32,000 nucleotides of DNA from Mycolicibacterium smegmatis (GTDB taxonomy: Bacteria > Actinomycetota > Actinomycetes > Mycobacteriales > Mycobacteriaceae). Within the stretch, counting starts at the first letter, position 1. Each line of letters starts with the position of its first letter. Shown here in pieces: positions 17,183 to 25,386 of this stretch. The notes under the pieces are model-generated. The model did not search any database and was not told the DNA's origin. It saw only the letters and a program-made list of their open reading frames with translations. Location: positions 4,080,001-4,112,000 of the forward strand of contig NZ_LN831039.1 of the NCBI RefSeq assembly GCF_001457595.1. The letters are read 5' to 3'. A program made the position numbers and the translations under genes.

Positions 17183-17479
17183 ATGTACCCGACGGATATG
17201 AGCCGCCGCAGAGCCGAAAGGACCGTATTGATCGTGATTTCACACTCCGAGCCGGCGCAACTGGACCTCGAAGACCTGGCATGGCAGTTCCTGGCCTCGG
17301 AATTCACCGGACCGATGTATGCCTGCTGGCCGATCGAGGATCGACTCGACGCTTTCCTGCTGCACAACTTGCCCCACAGCGTCGCGCGCAGAGGTCTTCG
17401 CGACGCGCTCATGCAGCGGGTGATGGCGAATATCAGCGCCGCCCATCATCTGGGCTTTCTTGAGTTCAGCACGCGGTAG
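17183..17479 (+). CDS. Hypothetical small protein (98 aa, or 93 aa from the ATG at 17198); no family recognised
   Basis: It is the only plausible + strand ORF in the 600-bp space between pfkB and the next USP gene. It has mostly G/C-ending codons and a DosR box 28 bp upstream. There is no SD and no recognisable motif. Confidence 0.35.
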   Translation: MYPTDMSRRRAERTVLIVISHSEPAQLDLEDLAWQFLASEFTGPMYACWPIEDRLDAFLLHNLPHSVARRGLRDALMQRVMANISAAHHLGFLEFSTR

Positions 17480-17531
17480 GACCGTGCATCGAGGATCAGC
17501 TCGAGCTCCGATCAACCCCTGGACCGGCGAG

Positions 17532-17551
17532 AAAAGGACCAAAGGCCCTTC
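17532..17551. promoter_or_regulatory. DosR-box-like site AAAAGGACCAAAGGCCCTTC, part of a three-half-site array AGGAC-N4-GGCCC-N4-GTCCC (17535-17557)
   Basis: The centre is 71.5 bp upstream of the ATG at 17613. A third half-site, GTCCC, follows at 17553-17557 with the same 9-bp periodicity. Confidence 0.5.
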
Positions 17552-17612
17552 TGTCCCGATCGCGGACGGACGTAACGTCCAAGACGACCCGGCGACCGAG
17601 AAGGAAACGAAC

Positions 17613-18497
17613 ATGGTCCAGAGCGCAACCGAGTACGGAATCCTCGTCGGTGTGGACAGCTCGGCGGAGTCGGACGCCGCGGTGCGGTGGGCCGCCCGTG
17701 AAGCGTCGCTGCACGATGCACCGATCACGCTGATGCACGTCATCGCACCTGTCGTCGTCAGCTGGCCGGCTGGCCCGTACATGGCCACGGTGCTCGAGTG
17801 TCAGGAGGAAAACGCCCGCCACGCGATCGAGCAGGCCCAGAAGGTGGTGGCCGACTGCCTGGGCGAGACGCACGGCCTGACGGTCCAGACCGAGATCCGC
17901 AAGGAGAGCGTGGCCAGAACCCTCATCGACGCGTCGAAATCCGCGCAGATGGTTGTCGTCGGTAACCGCGGGATGGGCGCGCTCGGGCGCGTGTTGCTCG
18001 GCTCGACCAGCACCTCGCTTCTCCATTACGCCAGCGGACCCGTGGTCGTCGTGCACGGCGACGACCAGGCCGCGCACGACAGCCGCCTGCCCGTGCTGCT
18101 CGGCATCGACGGCTCACCGGCATCCGAGGTGGCCACGTCCCACGCGTTCGACGAGGCATCGCGCCGCGGCGTCGACCTGGTGGCACTGCACGTCTGGATC
18201 GACGTCGGTGACATTCCTCCGATCGGACCCACGTGGGAGGAGCAGGAGGAGACCGGCCGTGCACTCCTGGCCGAACGCCTTGCCGGTTGGCAGGAACGCT
18301 ATCCCGACGTCAAGGTCCACCGCCGCGTCGAGCGCGCCCAGCCAGCCTACTGGTTGCTCGAGGAGGCCAAACAGGCTCAGCTCGTCGTCGTCGGCAGCCA
18401 CGGCCGCGGTGGCTTCACCGGGATGCTGCTGGGGTCGGTGAGCAGCCGCGTGGCGCAGTCCGCGACGACACCGGTCATGGTCGTGCGGCCGCGGTAG
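17613..18497 (+). CDS. Universal stress protein, tandem USP domains
   Basis: ATG at 17613 after GAAGGAAA. It has ILVGVDSSAESDAAVRWAAREA plus GNRGMGALGRVLLGSTST and GSHGRGGFTGMLLGSVSS. The longer ORF from 17460 crosses the box array. Confidence 0.9.
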   Translation: MVQSATEYGILVGVDSSAESDAAVRWAAREASLHDAPITLMHVIAPVVVSWPAGPYMATVLECQEENARHAIEQAQKVVADCLGETHGLTVQTEIRKESVARTLIDASKSAQMVVVGNRGMGALGRVLLGSTSTSLLHYASGPVVVVHGDDQAAHDSRLPVLLGIDGSPASEVATSHAFDEASRRGVDLVALHVWIDVGDIPPIGPTWEEQEETGRALLAERLAGWQERYPDVKVHRRVERAQPAYWLLEEAKQAQLVVVGSHGRGGFTGMLLGSVSSRVAQSATTPVMVVRPR

Positions 18498-18539
18498 ATA
18501 GGCCGGTAGAGATCAACCACTACGGGAACGAGGTTCGGC

Positions 18540-19523
18540 ATGCCTGCACCGGCGGTGCCCCAGTCAGTGATCACCGAGGCCGTCGGGCTGGCATGCCGGG
18601 CACCGTCGCTGCACAACAGCCAACCGTGGCGGTGGGTCGACCACGGAACCTCGGTCGACCTGTTCCTCGATCATCACCGCATCGTGCGGTCGTCCGACAG
18701 CTCGGGACGCGAAGCACACATCAGTTGCGGTGCAGCCCTTGATCATCTCCGTGTCGCGATGGCCGCCGCCGGCTGGGTGATTCATGTGGATCGGTTCCCC
18801 AACCCCAACAACCGCGAGCATCTCGCGAACATCCAGTTCAGCCCGGTCGCTCATGTCACCGACGCCATGCGCGACCGGGCGTCCGCGATAACCCGTCGCC
18901 GGACCGATCGACTCCCGCTGCACCCACCGGCGCATTGGGACACCGTGGCCCCCTTGGTGAACGCTGCCATCGACCACGAGGCCGTCCGGTTCGTGATGCT
19001 GGCCGACGATGCACGCGGCAGGCTTGCCGAGGCCTCACAACTCACCGAATCGCTTCGCCGATACGACGAGTTCTATCATCGCGAATTGCAATGGTGGACA
19101 GCGAATGTGCGGCATTCCGACGGTGTACCCGCCGAGGCCCTCGTGTCGTCGCCAGAAGCCGAGCGTGTCGGGGTGAACCGAGCGTTTCCGTCCCGTGAGC
19201 ACGCCGAACGCCGTCCGGATGTGGCACGCGACGAAGCCAGGATCGCCGTGCTGATCACCCCCGAGGACACTCCCCGCGACGCGATCGCCTGCGGTGAAGC
19301 ACTTTCGACGATTCTGCTGGAATGCACCATGGCAGGCCTGGCCACATGCCCGCTGACCCACATCACCGAGATGCCGGAAAGTCGTCGCATCATCCTGGAT
19401 CTGGCAGGGACCACCGGGATACCTCAGGTACTCATCAGGATCGGTTCCGCACCCCCGGTCGACGACGTGCCACCGGTGACGCCGCGTCGGTCACTGGCCG
19501 AGGTCTTGGAAGTCGATCGCTGA
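18540..19523 (+). CDS. Acg-family nitroreductase-like protein, copy 2
   Basis: 327 aa with [23 protein letters not shown] and LIRIG...TPRRSLAEV. It starts 42 bp after the USP stop with no box between them, so it is probably co-transcribed with the USP gene. Confidence 0.85.
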   Translation: MPAPAVPQSVITEAVGLACRAPSLHNSQPWRWVDHGTSVDLFLDHHRIVRSSDSSGREAHISCGAALDHLRVAMAAAGWVIHVDRFPNPNNREHLANIQFSPVAHVTDAMRDRASAITRRRTDRLPLHPPAHWDTVAPLVNAAIDHEAVRFVMLADDARGRLAEASQLTESLRRYDEFYHRELQWWTANVRHSDGVPAEALVSSPEAERVGVNRAFPSREHAERRPDVARDEARIAVLITPEDTPRDAIACGEALSTILLECTMAGLATCPLTHITEMPESRRIILDLAGTTGIPQVLIRIGSAPPVDDVPPVTPRRSLAEVLEVDR

Positions 19524-20432
19524 GTGCTGCGATCCGTCTGCCCGGACCGCAACCGGGGAGCGGTAGAGTGCCGCGCCTGCGACGGGACCCGCAGCTCCGG
19601 CGACCAGCAGAACAGGGCGAGTGTCCACCGGACCGCTATCACCACCTCCGCTGTCCCGGCGGCGCAGGGCCGCGGGTAGGGCCGCGGTGTGCGTTCTCGG
19701 ATCGGCCGCCACCACCAGATGCGCCGGTGGGACACCCAGTTTGGCGGCCAGCGCGGCTCGGAATCGTTGCCGAGCCGGCGCAACGCAGATCGCGACGTCG
19801 GAAAGTGTCAACGAGGACTCCGCCAGACAGCTCGATGCCGCCAGCGCACATACACCCGCCAAATCGACATCGAACGCCGCGGATTCCTGGAATCGCAGCA
19901 CATTTCGGCCATCTCTGAACCCCACACGGGCGCAGAATCCCTCTCCGTCTGTCCTGGCGGACCATCGCACCGGGCCGAGGCCGTCGTCACCGTCGTTCCA
20001 GCGGCACAACAACGCCGACCCGACGGGTGAGTACGGGAAATGCTTGCTCATACCGAATCCCGGGTTGGCGTCGCTGGCTACGATCAGAGCCGCCTTGATG
20101 ATCCCGGCCCGAAGGAAACCGTCGACGATCTGCAGTGCGGTCAGTACCCCGCACTCGCCGTTGGCGACGTCGAACGAGAACGTACCGTGCTCACCGGTAT
20201 GTGGATCGTGGAGATTCGCACCGATCATCTCCTGGATCAACGCCGCCAGCGCGGGCTCGCCCAGGTTTCTGTCCCGGTAGATGCCGGCGTTGATCAGGAG
20301 ATCGATACTGTCGGGATCGCATCCGGCCCGATGCAGACAACGCTTCGCCGCAGCAACAGCCAGACGCAACGCACTGTGACGGTTACGCCAACCAGCCTCG
20401 GAAATCTCGACGCGTTCAATGATCGTTCCCAT
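19491..20432 (-). CDS. KAS III (FabH)-like thiolase-fold protein with a degenerate catalytic triad
   Basis: 313 aa. It aligns with the upstream KAS III gene, but the triad positions read Glu, Pro and His: FDVANGECG vs FDISNACAG, ICVAPARQ vs VITHQTSA, DPRTHTAAL vs DRYGNTAST. It overlaps the upstream gene by 17 bp. Confidence 0.7.
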   Translation of the reverse strand: MGTIIERVEISEAGWRNRHSALRLAVAAAKRCLHRAGCDPDSIDLLINAGIYRDRNLGEPALAALIQEMIGANLHDPHTGEHGTFSFDVANGECGVLTALQIVDGFLRAGIIKAALIVASDANPGFGMSKHFPYSPVGSALLCRWNDGDDGLGPVRWSARTDGEGFCARVGFRDGRNVLRFQESAAFDVDLAGVCALAASSCLAESSLTLSDVAICVAPARQRFRAALAAKLGVPPAHLVVAADPRTHTAALPAALRRRDSGGGDSGPVDTRPVLLVAGAAGPVAGAALYRSPVAVRADGSQHSAIDFQDLGQ

Positions 20433-21516
20433 AGCGTTTCACCAGATCCTCGTCAACGGTCAGCAAGATGATGCCGATCTCCAGCCCGGAGGCCAGCGCG
20501 ATCAATGCGACGGTTTCGCCGGGTTCGATGCGGCGGGCTTCCAGTTCCTCGATCAGCGCCACGGTGTGCGTCGTCGACGCGGTGTTGCCGTACCGGTCGA
20601 CGGTGATGACCGCGTCGTGACGCGGGTGATCGCCGAATTCGGCTGCCATCACGGCCATCCCCTTCTTGATCGCCCGCGCCGAAGTCTGGTGCGTGATGAC
20701 ATGGTCGATGTCATCGATGGAAATGCCCGCGGTGTCGAGCACTTCGCGCAGGAGTACCGGGGTGTTGGTGATCGCGGCGCGGTGAATTGCCCGGGAATCG
20801 GTGAACATGCGGGCACCGGGATCCCTGCCCTTGGGATACGCCAGACACAACCGGCTGTAATCCGCGATCGTGGTGAATCCGGCCAGGGTGATTCCTGATC
20901 CCCCGGCAGGTACGCGTTCGAGCAGCAGGGCCGCGCCCGCGTCACCGAGCGTGAGCGAGGCGAGTTCCTTGCTCAGCACTGTGCGAATGTGTTTGGCGGC
21001 GTTCTGGCCGAGCTGTGAGATGTACTCTCCGCTGACCACCATGCCCCGGGCGACGAGACCCTGCCGGATCCAGGTGTTGAGCACCATGACGCCGGTGAGC
21101 ATCCCCGCGCACGCGTTGGAGATGTCGAAGGTCATCGCGTCCCGCGCACCGATCGCATGCGCGACGTCGCTGCTCATCGTCGGCTCAAGGTACTGCGTGA
21201 GCCCACCATGGAATTTCGTGATACTGCAATTGATCACCACCTCGACCGAGTCGGCTGATCGGTCGGCCTTCTCGAGGCAGTCCAGCGCGGCTTTCGTCGC
21301 GAGACTGTAGGAGTCGTCCTCGCCCAGCGATACTCGCCGCTCGCGGATCCCGGTCAACCGCTCCAGGTCGATATGTGTGTTGTGCCTGGTCTCCGACATC
21401 AGCTCGCTCGTGGTCAGGCGCGTCTTCGGAAGGCAACGGCCCGCGGCGGCGATCCGGGTGCGAAATGGCGACGACGCTTCATCCGCGGCGTCCATCACCA
21501 GCCAGTGCGGTCCCAT
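20416..21516 (-). CDS. 3-oxoacyl-ACP synthase III (FabH/KAS III) family condensing enzyme with an intact Cys-His-Asn triad
   Basis: 366 aa with FDISNACAGM (Cys), DHVITHQTSARAI (His) and DRYGNTASTTH (Asn), plus a FabH-like N-terminus (IAAAGRCLPKTRLTTSELMSE...LTGIRERR). The start is at 21516, or at the ATG at 21495. Confidence 0.85.
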   Translation of the reverse strand: MGPHWLVMDAADEASSPFRTRIAAAGRCLPKTRLTTSELMSETRHNTHIDLERLTGIRERRVSLGEDDSYSLATKAALDCLEKADRSADSVEVVINCSITKFHGGLTQYLEPTMSSDVAHAIGARDAMTFDISNACAGMLTGVMVLNTWIRQGLVARGMVVSGEYISQLGQNAAKHIRTVLSKELASLTLGDAGAALLLERVPAGGSGITLAGFTTIADYSRLCLAYPKGRDPGARMFTDSRAIHRAAITNTPVLLREVLDTAGISIDDIDHVITHQTSARAIKKGMAVMAAEFGDHPRHDAVITVDRYGNTASTTHTVALIEELEARRIEPGETVALIALASGLEIGIILLTVDEDLVKRYGNDH

Positions 21517-21548
21517 TCGAGAAGGATGCGTCGGCAGCTCTCGCTCAT

Positions 21549-21568
21549 GCAGGGCCGTTGGTCACCGC
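21549..21568. promoter_or_regulatory. DosR-box-like palindrome GCAGGGCCGTTGGTCACCGC (core GGGCC-GTTG-GTCAC)
   Basis: Lies in the divergent gap between the KAS III and GH65 genes. It has the same variant half-sites as the box at 4337. The centre is 42.5 bp from the ATG at 21516. Confidence 0.4.
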
Positions 21569-21666
21569 GGCGAAGTCGGAAAGACACTCGCCCGTGGGTC
21601 CCCGCTGTGTCATGGTCGGCACGTGGCCCGTTGGAGCATCACACCGATGCCGCTCAGGACGACGTC

Positions 21667-24351
21667 GTGACCGACGACGAAGACCGGCGGCCGATAGCCG
21701 ACCTACCGGACGCTCTGGATCACTTCGATGAGATCCGTGACCTGCTCGCGTTTCGCAACCCCGCGTCCCTGCCCGTGTTCATCGGTAATCCCGCCGACGA
21801 CTCCGCATTCCGGACGGTGCGCCGTGACGGTATCGGCATCGTCGTCGTCACACACGCCGAAGACGAGAAGAGGTCGACCACGGCGACCTTCCGGCTCGAC
21901 AGTCCCGGCGCTGCAGCCACTTTCCGGCACCGGCTGGCGCAGGAGGCCGATCGGCCCACGTCGATCGATCCGGGATGGGTGCTGACCTTCGACGGATACG
22001 ATCCGGCGAACGAACGGTTCAGGGAAGCCTTGTGCACCCTGGGAAACGGCTACTTCGCGACACGCGGTTGCGCGCCCGAGGCGCCGGCAGGCCGGTTCCA
22101 CTATCCGGGCACCTACGTCGCCGGCATCTACAACCGGCTCACCGACGAGATCGCCGGCCATCGCACCGACAACGAGAGCCTGGTCAATCTGCCGAACTGG
22201 CTCGCCCTGACATTCCGGTTCGACGACGGCCCGTGGCTCGACGTCGACGACACCGACCTGCAGTCCTACCAGCAGACCCTCGATCTGCGTCGGGGGGTGC
22301 TCACTCGGCAATTCCGCTTCTGCGACAAGGCCGGACGTGTCGCCACCGTGACCCAGCATCGACTGGTCGCCATGCACCTCCCACACCTCGCGATGCTGCA
22401 GACGATGGTCACCGCAGAGAACTTCTCGGGCACCGTCGAGTTCCGGTCCGAGATCGACGGCGCGGTGACCAACAGCCTGGTGGAGCGCTATCGTGACCTG
22501 TCGAACGTTCACCTCGTCGGACACGAAAAGCGTTCGCTGACCGCCGATTCGCTGTTGCTGACCGCACATACGTGCCAGTCTCACATCCGAGTGGCAGTGG
22601 CGCTTCGCAACACAGTGTGGCGCGGCGACTCGCCTGCCCGGGCCGACTACACGTTGGTCGACGACCGTCGGCGTGCTGGTCACGTCATCAGCTGCTACAT
22701 CGAAGCGGGTCAGCCGGTCACCCTGGAGAAGGCCGTGTCCGTCGCGACGAGTCGCGATCACGCGACCTGTGAAGCCGCCAACGAAGCCACGCGCCGCCTG
22801 CAGTGGGTCGACCGCTATCACGATGTGCAGCAGGCACACACCACGGCGTGGGGCCAGCTGTGGGAGCGTTTCGACGTCGATATCGGCGGCAGGACCGACG
22901 AACTGCGCACCGTGCGCCTGCACCTTCTCCACACCCTGCAGACGCTGTCACCGCACGTTCGTGATCTCGACATCGGGGTTCCCGCTCGTGGTCTCACCGG
23001 TGAGGCATATCGCGGGCACATCTTCTGGGACGAACTGTTCGTCGCCCCTGTGGTCAGCCTGCGCCGACCGGCGCTCACCCGTGCGCTACTGGCCTACCGT
23101 CATCGCCGCCTACCCGAGGCTCGCCGCGCGGCCCGTGACGCAGGTTTCACCGGGGCGATGTTCCCCTGGCAGTCCGGGAGCAACGGCCGCGAGGAGAGTC
23201 CGGCACTTCACCTCAATCCGCGTTCGGGCCGCTGGAATCCGGACCCGAGTGCCCTGGCGCATCACGTGGGACTTGCTGTCGCCTACAACATCTGGCAGTA
23301 CTACCAGGTCACCGACGATCTGGAGTACCTGATCGACTACGGCGCCGAGACGTTGTTGGAGATCGCCCGTTTCTGGGCAGGTCTGGCGCTGTTCAGCCGA
23401 GAACGTGGACGCTATGTGATCCCCGGGGTGATCGGTCCCGACGAGTTCCACACGGGCTATCCCGGACGGCTCTACGACGGCATCGACAACAACGCGTACA
23501 CCAACGTCATGGCGGTGTGGGTGATCCTGCGGGCCCTCGACGCGCTGGATGCCATGCCCCTGGCCGACCGAACCGCGTTGCTGGAAAGGCTGGGACTGCA
23601 CGGGGACGAGCTCGACAAGTGGGAAGACGTCAGCCACCGCATGTTCGTGCCATTCCACAACGGCGTGATCAGCCAGTTCGAGGGTTACGAGTCGCTGGTC
23701 GAACTGGATTGGGACCGTTATCGGCATGAGTACGGGAACATTCAGCGACTCGACCGCATCCTGGAGGCCGAGAACGACAACGTGAACCGCTACAAGGCTT
23801 CCAAACAGGCCGACGTATTGATGCTGTTCTATCTGTTGTCCGCCGACGAGATACGGGAACTGCTGGCGCGTCTGGGTTACCGATTCACTCCGAAGCAGAT
23901 CCCAGAGACCGTCGACTACTACCTGTCACGCACCTCGCACGGATCGACGCTCAGCGCCGTCGTCCACTCCTGGGTTCTGGCACGCGGCCACCGCGAGCAG
24001 GCCATGGAGTTCTTTGTGCAGGCCCTGAATTCCGATGTGGCCGACATCCAGGGCGGCACAACAGCCGAAGGCATCCATCTGGCCGCGATGGCCGGAAGCG
24101 TCGACCTGCTGCAGCGGTGCTTCACCGGCTTGGAAACCCGCGGCGACCGACTGGTTCTCGGCCCGTGCTGGCCAGAAGCGTTGGGAGTACTGTCCTTCCG
24201 GATGTACTACCGCGGTCACAACTTGCATCTACGTGTCAGCGGCCGAACCGCGTCCGTGATCTCCGCCATCGGCTCCGCGGCGCCCATCACCCTCGAATGC
24301 CGCGGCCGCACCTGGCAACTCTGCGCCGGCACCACGATCGACGTCGGCTGA
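21667..24351 (+). CDS. Glycoside hydrolase family 65 phosphorylase (trehalose/kojibiose/maltose phosphorylase family) with a vestigial N-terminal trehalose-phosphatase (HAD) stub; related to the C-terminal part of Rv2006/OtsB1
   Basis: GH65 N-domain (FREALCTLGNGYFATRG), catalytic-acid context GVIGPDEFH, and phosphate-site block YKASKQADVLML. The start is uncertain. I prefer the GTG at 21667 (AGGA 7 nt upstream). The ORF is open from 21373, but that stretch overlaps the KAS III gene and the promoter box and looks non-coding; the ATG at 21526 is another candidate. Confidence 0.85.
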   Translation: MTDDEDRRPIADLPDALDHFDEIRDLLAFRNPASLPVFIGNPADDSAFRTVRRDGIGIVVVTHAEDEKRSTTATFRLDSPGAAATFRHRLAQEADRPTSIDPGWVLTFDGYDPANERFREALCTLGNGYFATRGCAPEAPAGRFHYPGTYVAGIYNRLTDEIAGHRTDNESLVNLPNWLALTFRFDDGPWLDVDDTDLQSYQQTLDLRRGVLTRQFRFCDKAGRVATVTQHRLVAMHLPHLAMLQTMVTAENFSGTVEFRSEIDGAVTNSLVERYRDLSNVHLVGHEKRSLTADSLLLTAHTCQSHIRVAVALRNTVWRGDSPARADYTLVDDRRRAGHVISCYIEAGQPVTLEKAVSVATSRDHATCEAANEATRRLQWVDRYHDVQQAHTTAWGQLWERFDVDIGGRTDELRTVRLHLLHTLQTLSPHVRDLDIGVPARGLTGEAYRGHIFWDELFVAPVVSLRRPALTRALLAYRHRRLPEARRAARDAGFTGAMFPWQSGSNGREESPALHLNPRSGRWNPDPSALAHHVGLAVAYNIWQYYQVTDDLEYLIDYGAETLLEIARFWAGLALFSRERGRYVIPGVIGPDEFHTGYPGRLYDGIDNNAYTNVMAVWVILRALDALDAMPLADRTALLERLGLHGDELDKWEDVSHRMFVPFHNGVISQFEGYESLVELDWDRYRHEYGNIQRLDRILEAENDNVNRYKASKQADVLMLFYLLSADEIRELLARLGYRFTPKQIPETVDYYLSRTSHGSTLSAVVHSWVLARGHREQAMEFFVQALNSDVADIQGGTTAEGIHLAAMAGSVDLLQRCFTGLETRGDRLVLGPCWPEALGVLSFRMYYRGHNLHLRVSGRTASVISAIGSAAPITLECRGRTWQLCAGTTIDVG

Positions 24352-24353
24352 AC

Positions 24354-25358
24354 CTACTCCGATTCCGGCTCGAACGGCGACCCGTCGAGCCATCGCACTG
24401 CGTCGGCGACGTGACGGCGCGGCGTCGGAGGCAGCGGGTCGGCATTGACCGGCGCCCAGCCCACGCGCAACATCATCTGCGGGAATGCGCTGGCGCCGAA
24501 CACCTCGGCCTGCACGGCATCTCGCGTCTCACTGATCTCCAGCGGTTCGGTCACCGGGCACGTCGCCAGTCCCATGGCCGTTGCCGTCAACAGGATCAGG
24601 CTGGTGGCCTCACCGGCGCGAAGGCGCGACATCCGGGTGTCGTCCGCGGTGCCCAGCGCCAACACCACCGCCCCCTCGTCGGCGCCGGCGCCTGTGTCCG
24701 GCTGCTTGAGTGCCGCGCCCGCGAACATGCGCGACGACAGCGGCGCACCGGGCTCCGGTTTCGGCGCGCTTCTGGCGGGGACGCCCGCCGTCGACGCGTA
24801 CTTGCCGCTCCACGCCGTCAACTCCCGCAGGTAGCCGTCGTCGGCCGCGTGACGGGCGATCGATTCGGCCACGATGTCCTGTAGTCGTGACAGCGACTCG
24901 ACGCGGCGCAGCATCACCCCTGCTCGGGCCGCGCGCGCACCCATCATCGCGATGTCCGAATGCGATACCGGCCATGCGCTGTAGTGGCGTCGGTCCGTGC
25001 GTCGCCGTGGAATGGCCGCGGCCAATGCGATGTCGAGGTCTGTCGGAGTCTGTCGACGCAGTTCGATGGACGCCAGATGTTCGGGCTCCGCCGGATTCGG
25101 CAGGCGATGCACCGAGGCATACCACCCCAGCGCGGCGAAGGCGATCACGCAGTGGTGCAGCGCCGCGCCGCAGCTGAGGAGCAGATCCCGGCTGTCGGGA
25201 TCGGTGCTCGTCAGATGCCGATCGAGGTCCGCGTACAGGTGCACGCTCCGCTCGCCGACTCGCCACTGCCACGGCTGCGAGTTGTGGATCGACGGTGCCC
25301 GCATGGCGAGAGCCAACGCCGCATGGATCGTCTCGGTATCCGGGAAGTGCGTATTCAT
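24354..25358 (-). CDS. Acg-family nitroreductase-like protein, copy 3
   Basis: ATG at 25358 (MNTHFPDTETIHAALALAMRAPSIHNSQPWQW), 334 aa, with RRRTDRRHY and MLRVGWAP...TPRRHVADAV. The longer ORF from 25499 crosses the DosR box. Confidence 0.85.
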   Translation of the reverse strand: MNTHFPDTETIHAALALAMRAPSIHNSQPWQWRVGERSVHLYADLDRHLTSTDPDSRDLLLSCGAALHHCVIAFAALGWYASVHRLPNPAEPEHLASIELRRQTPTDLDIALAAAIPRRRTDRRHYSAWPVSHSDIAMMGARAARAGVMLRRVESLSRLQDIVAESIARHAADDGYLRELTAWSGKYASTAGVPARSAPKPEPGAPLSSRMFAGAALKQPDTGAGADEGAVVLALGTADDTRMSRLRAGEATSLILLTATAMGLATCPVTEPLEISETRDAVQAEVFGASAFPQMMLRVGWAPVNADPLPPTPRRHVADAVRWLDGSPFEPESE

Positions 25359-25386
25359 GGCGGTCCGTTCTGACGAGTTTTCTCGA

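Noticed and set aside
21703-22932. A 409-aa ORF on the minus strand, antisense to the GH65 gene
   Set aside because: It is a typical high-GC shadow ORF. It is Arg/Gly/Val-rich with no recognisable motif, while the opposite strand encodes clear GH65 motifs over the same bases.
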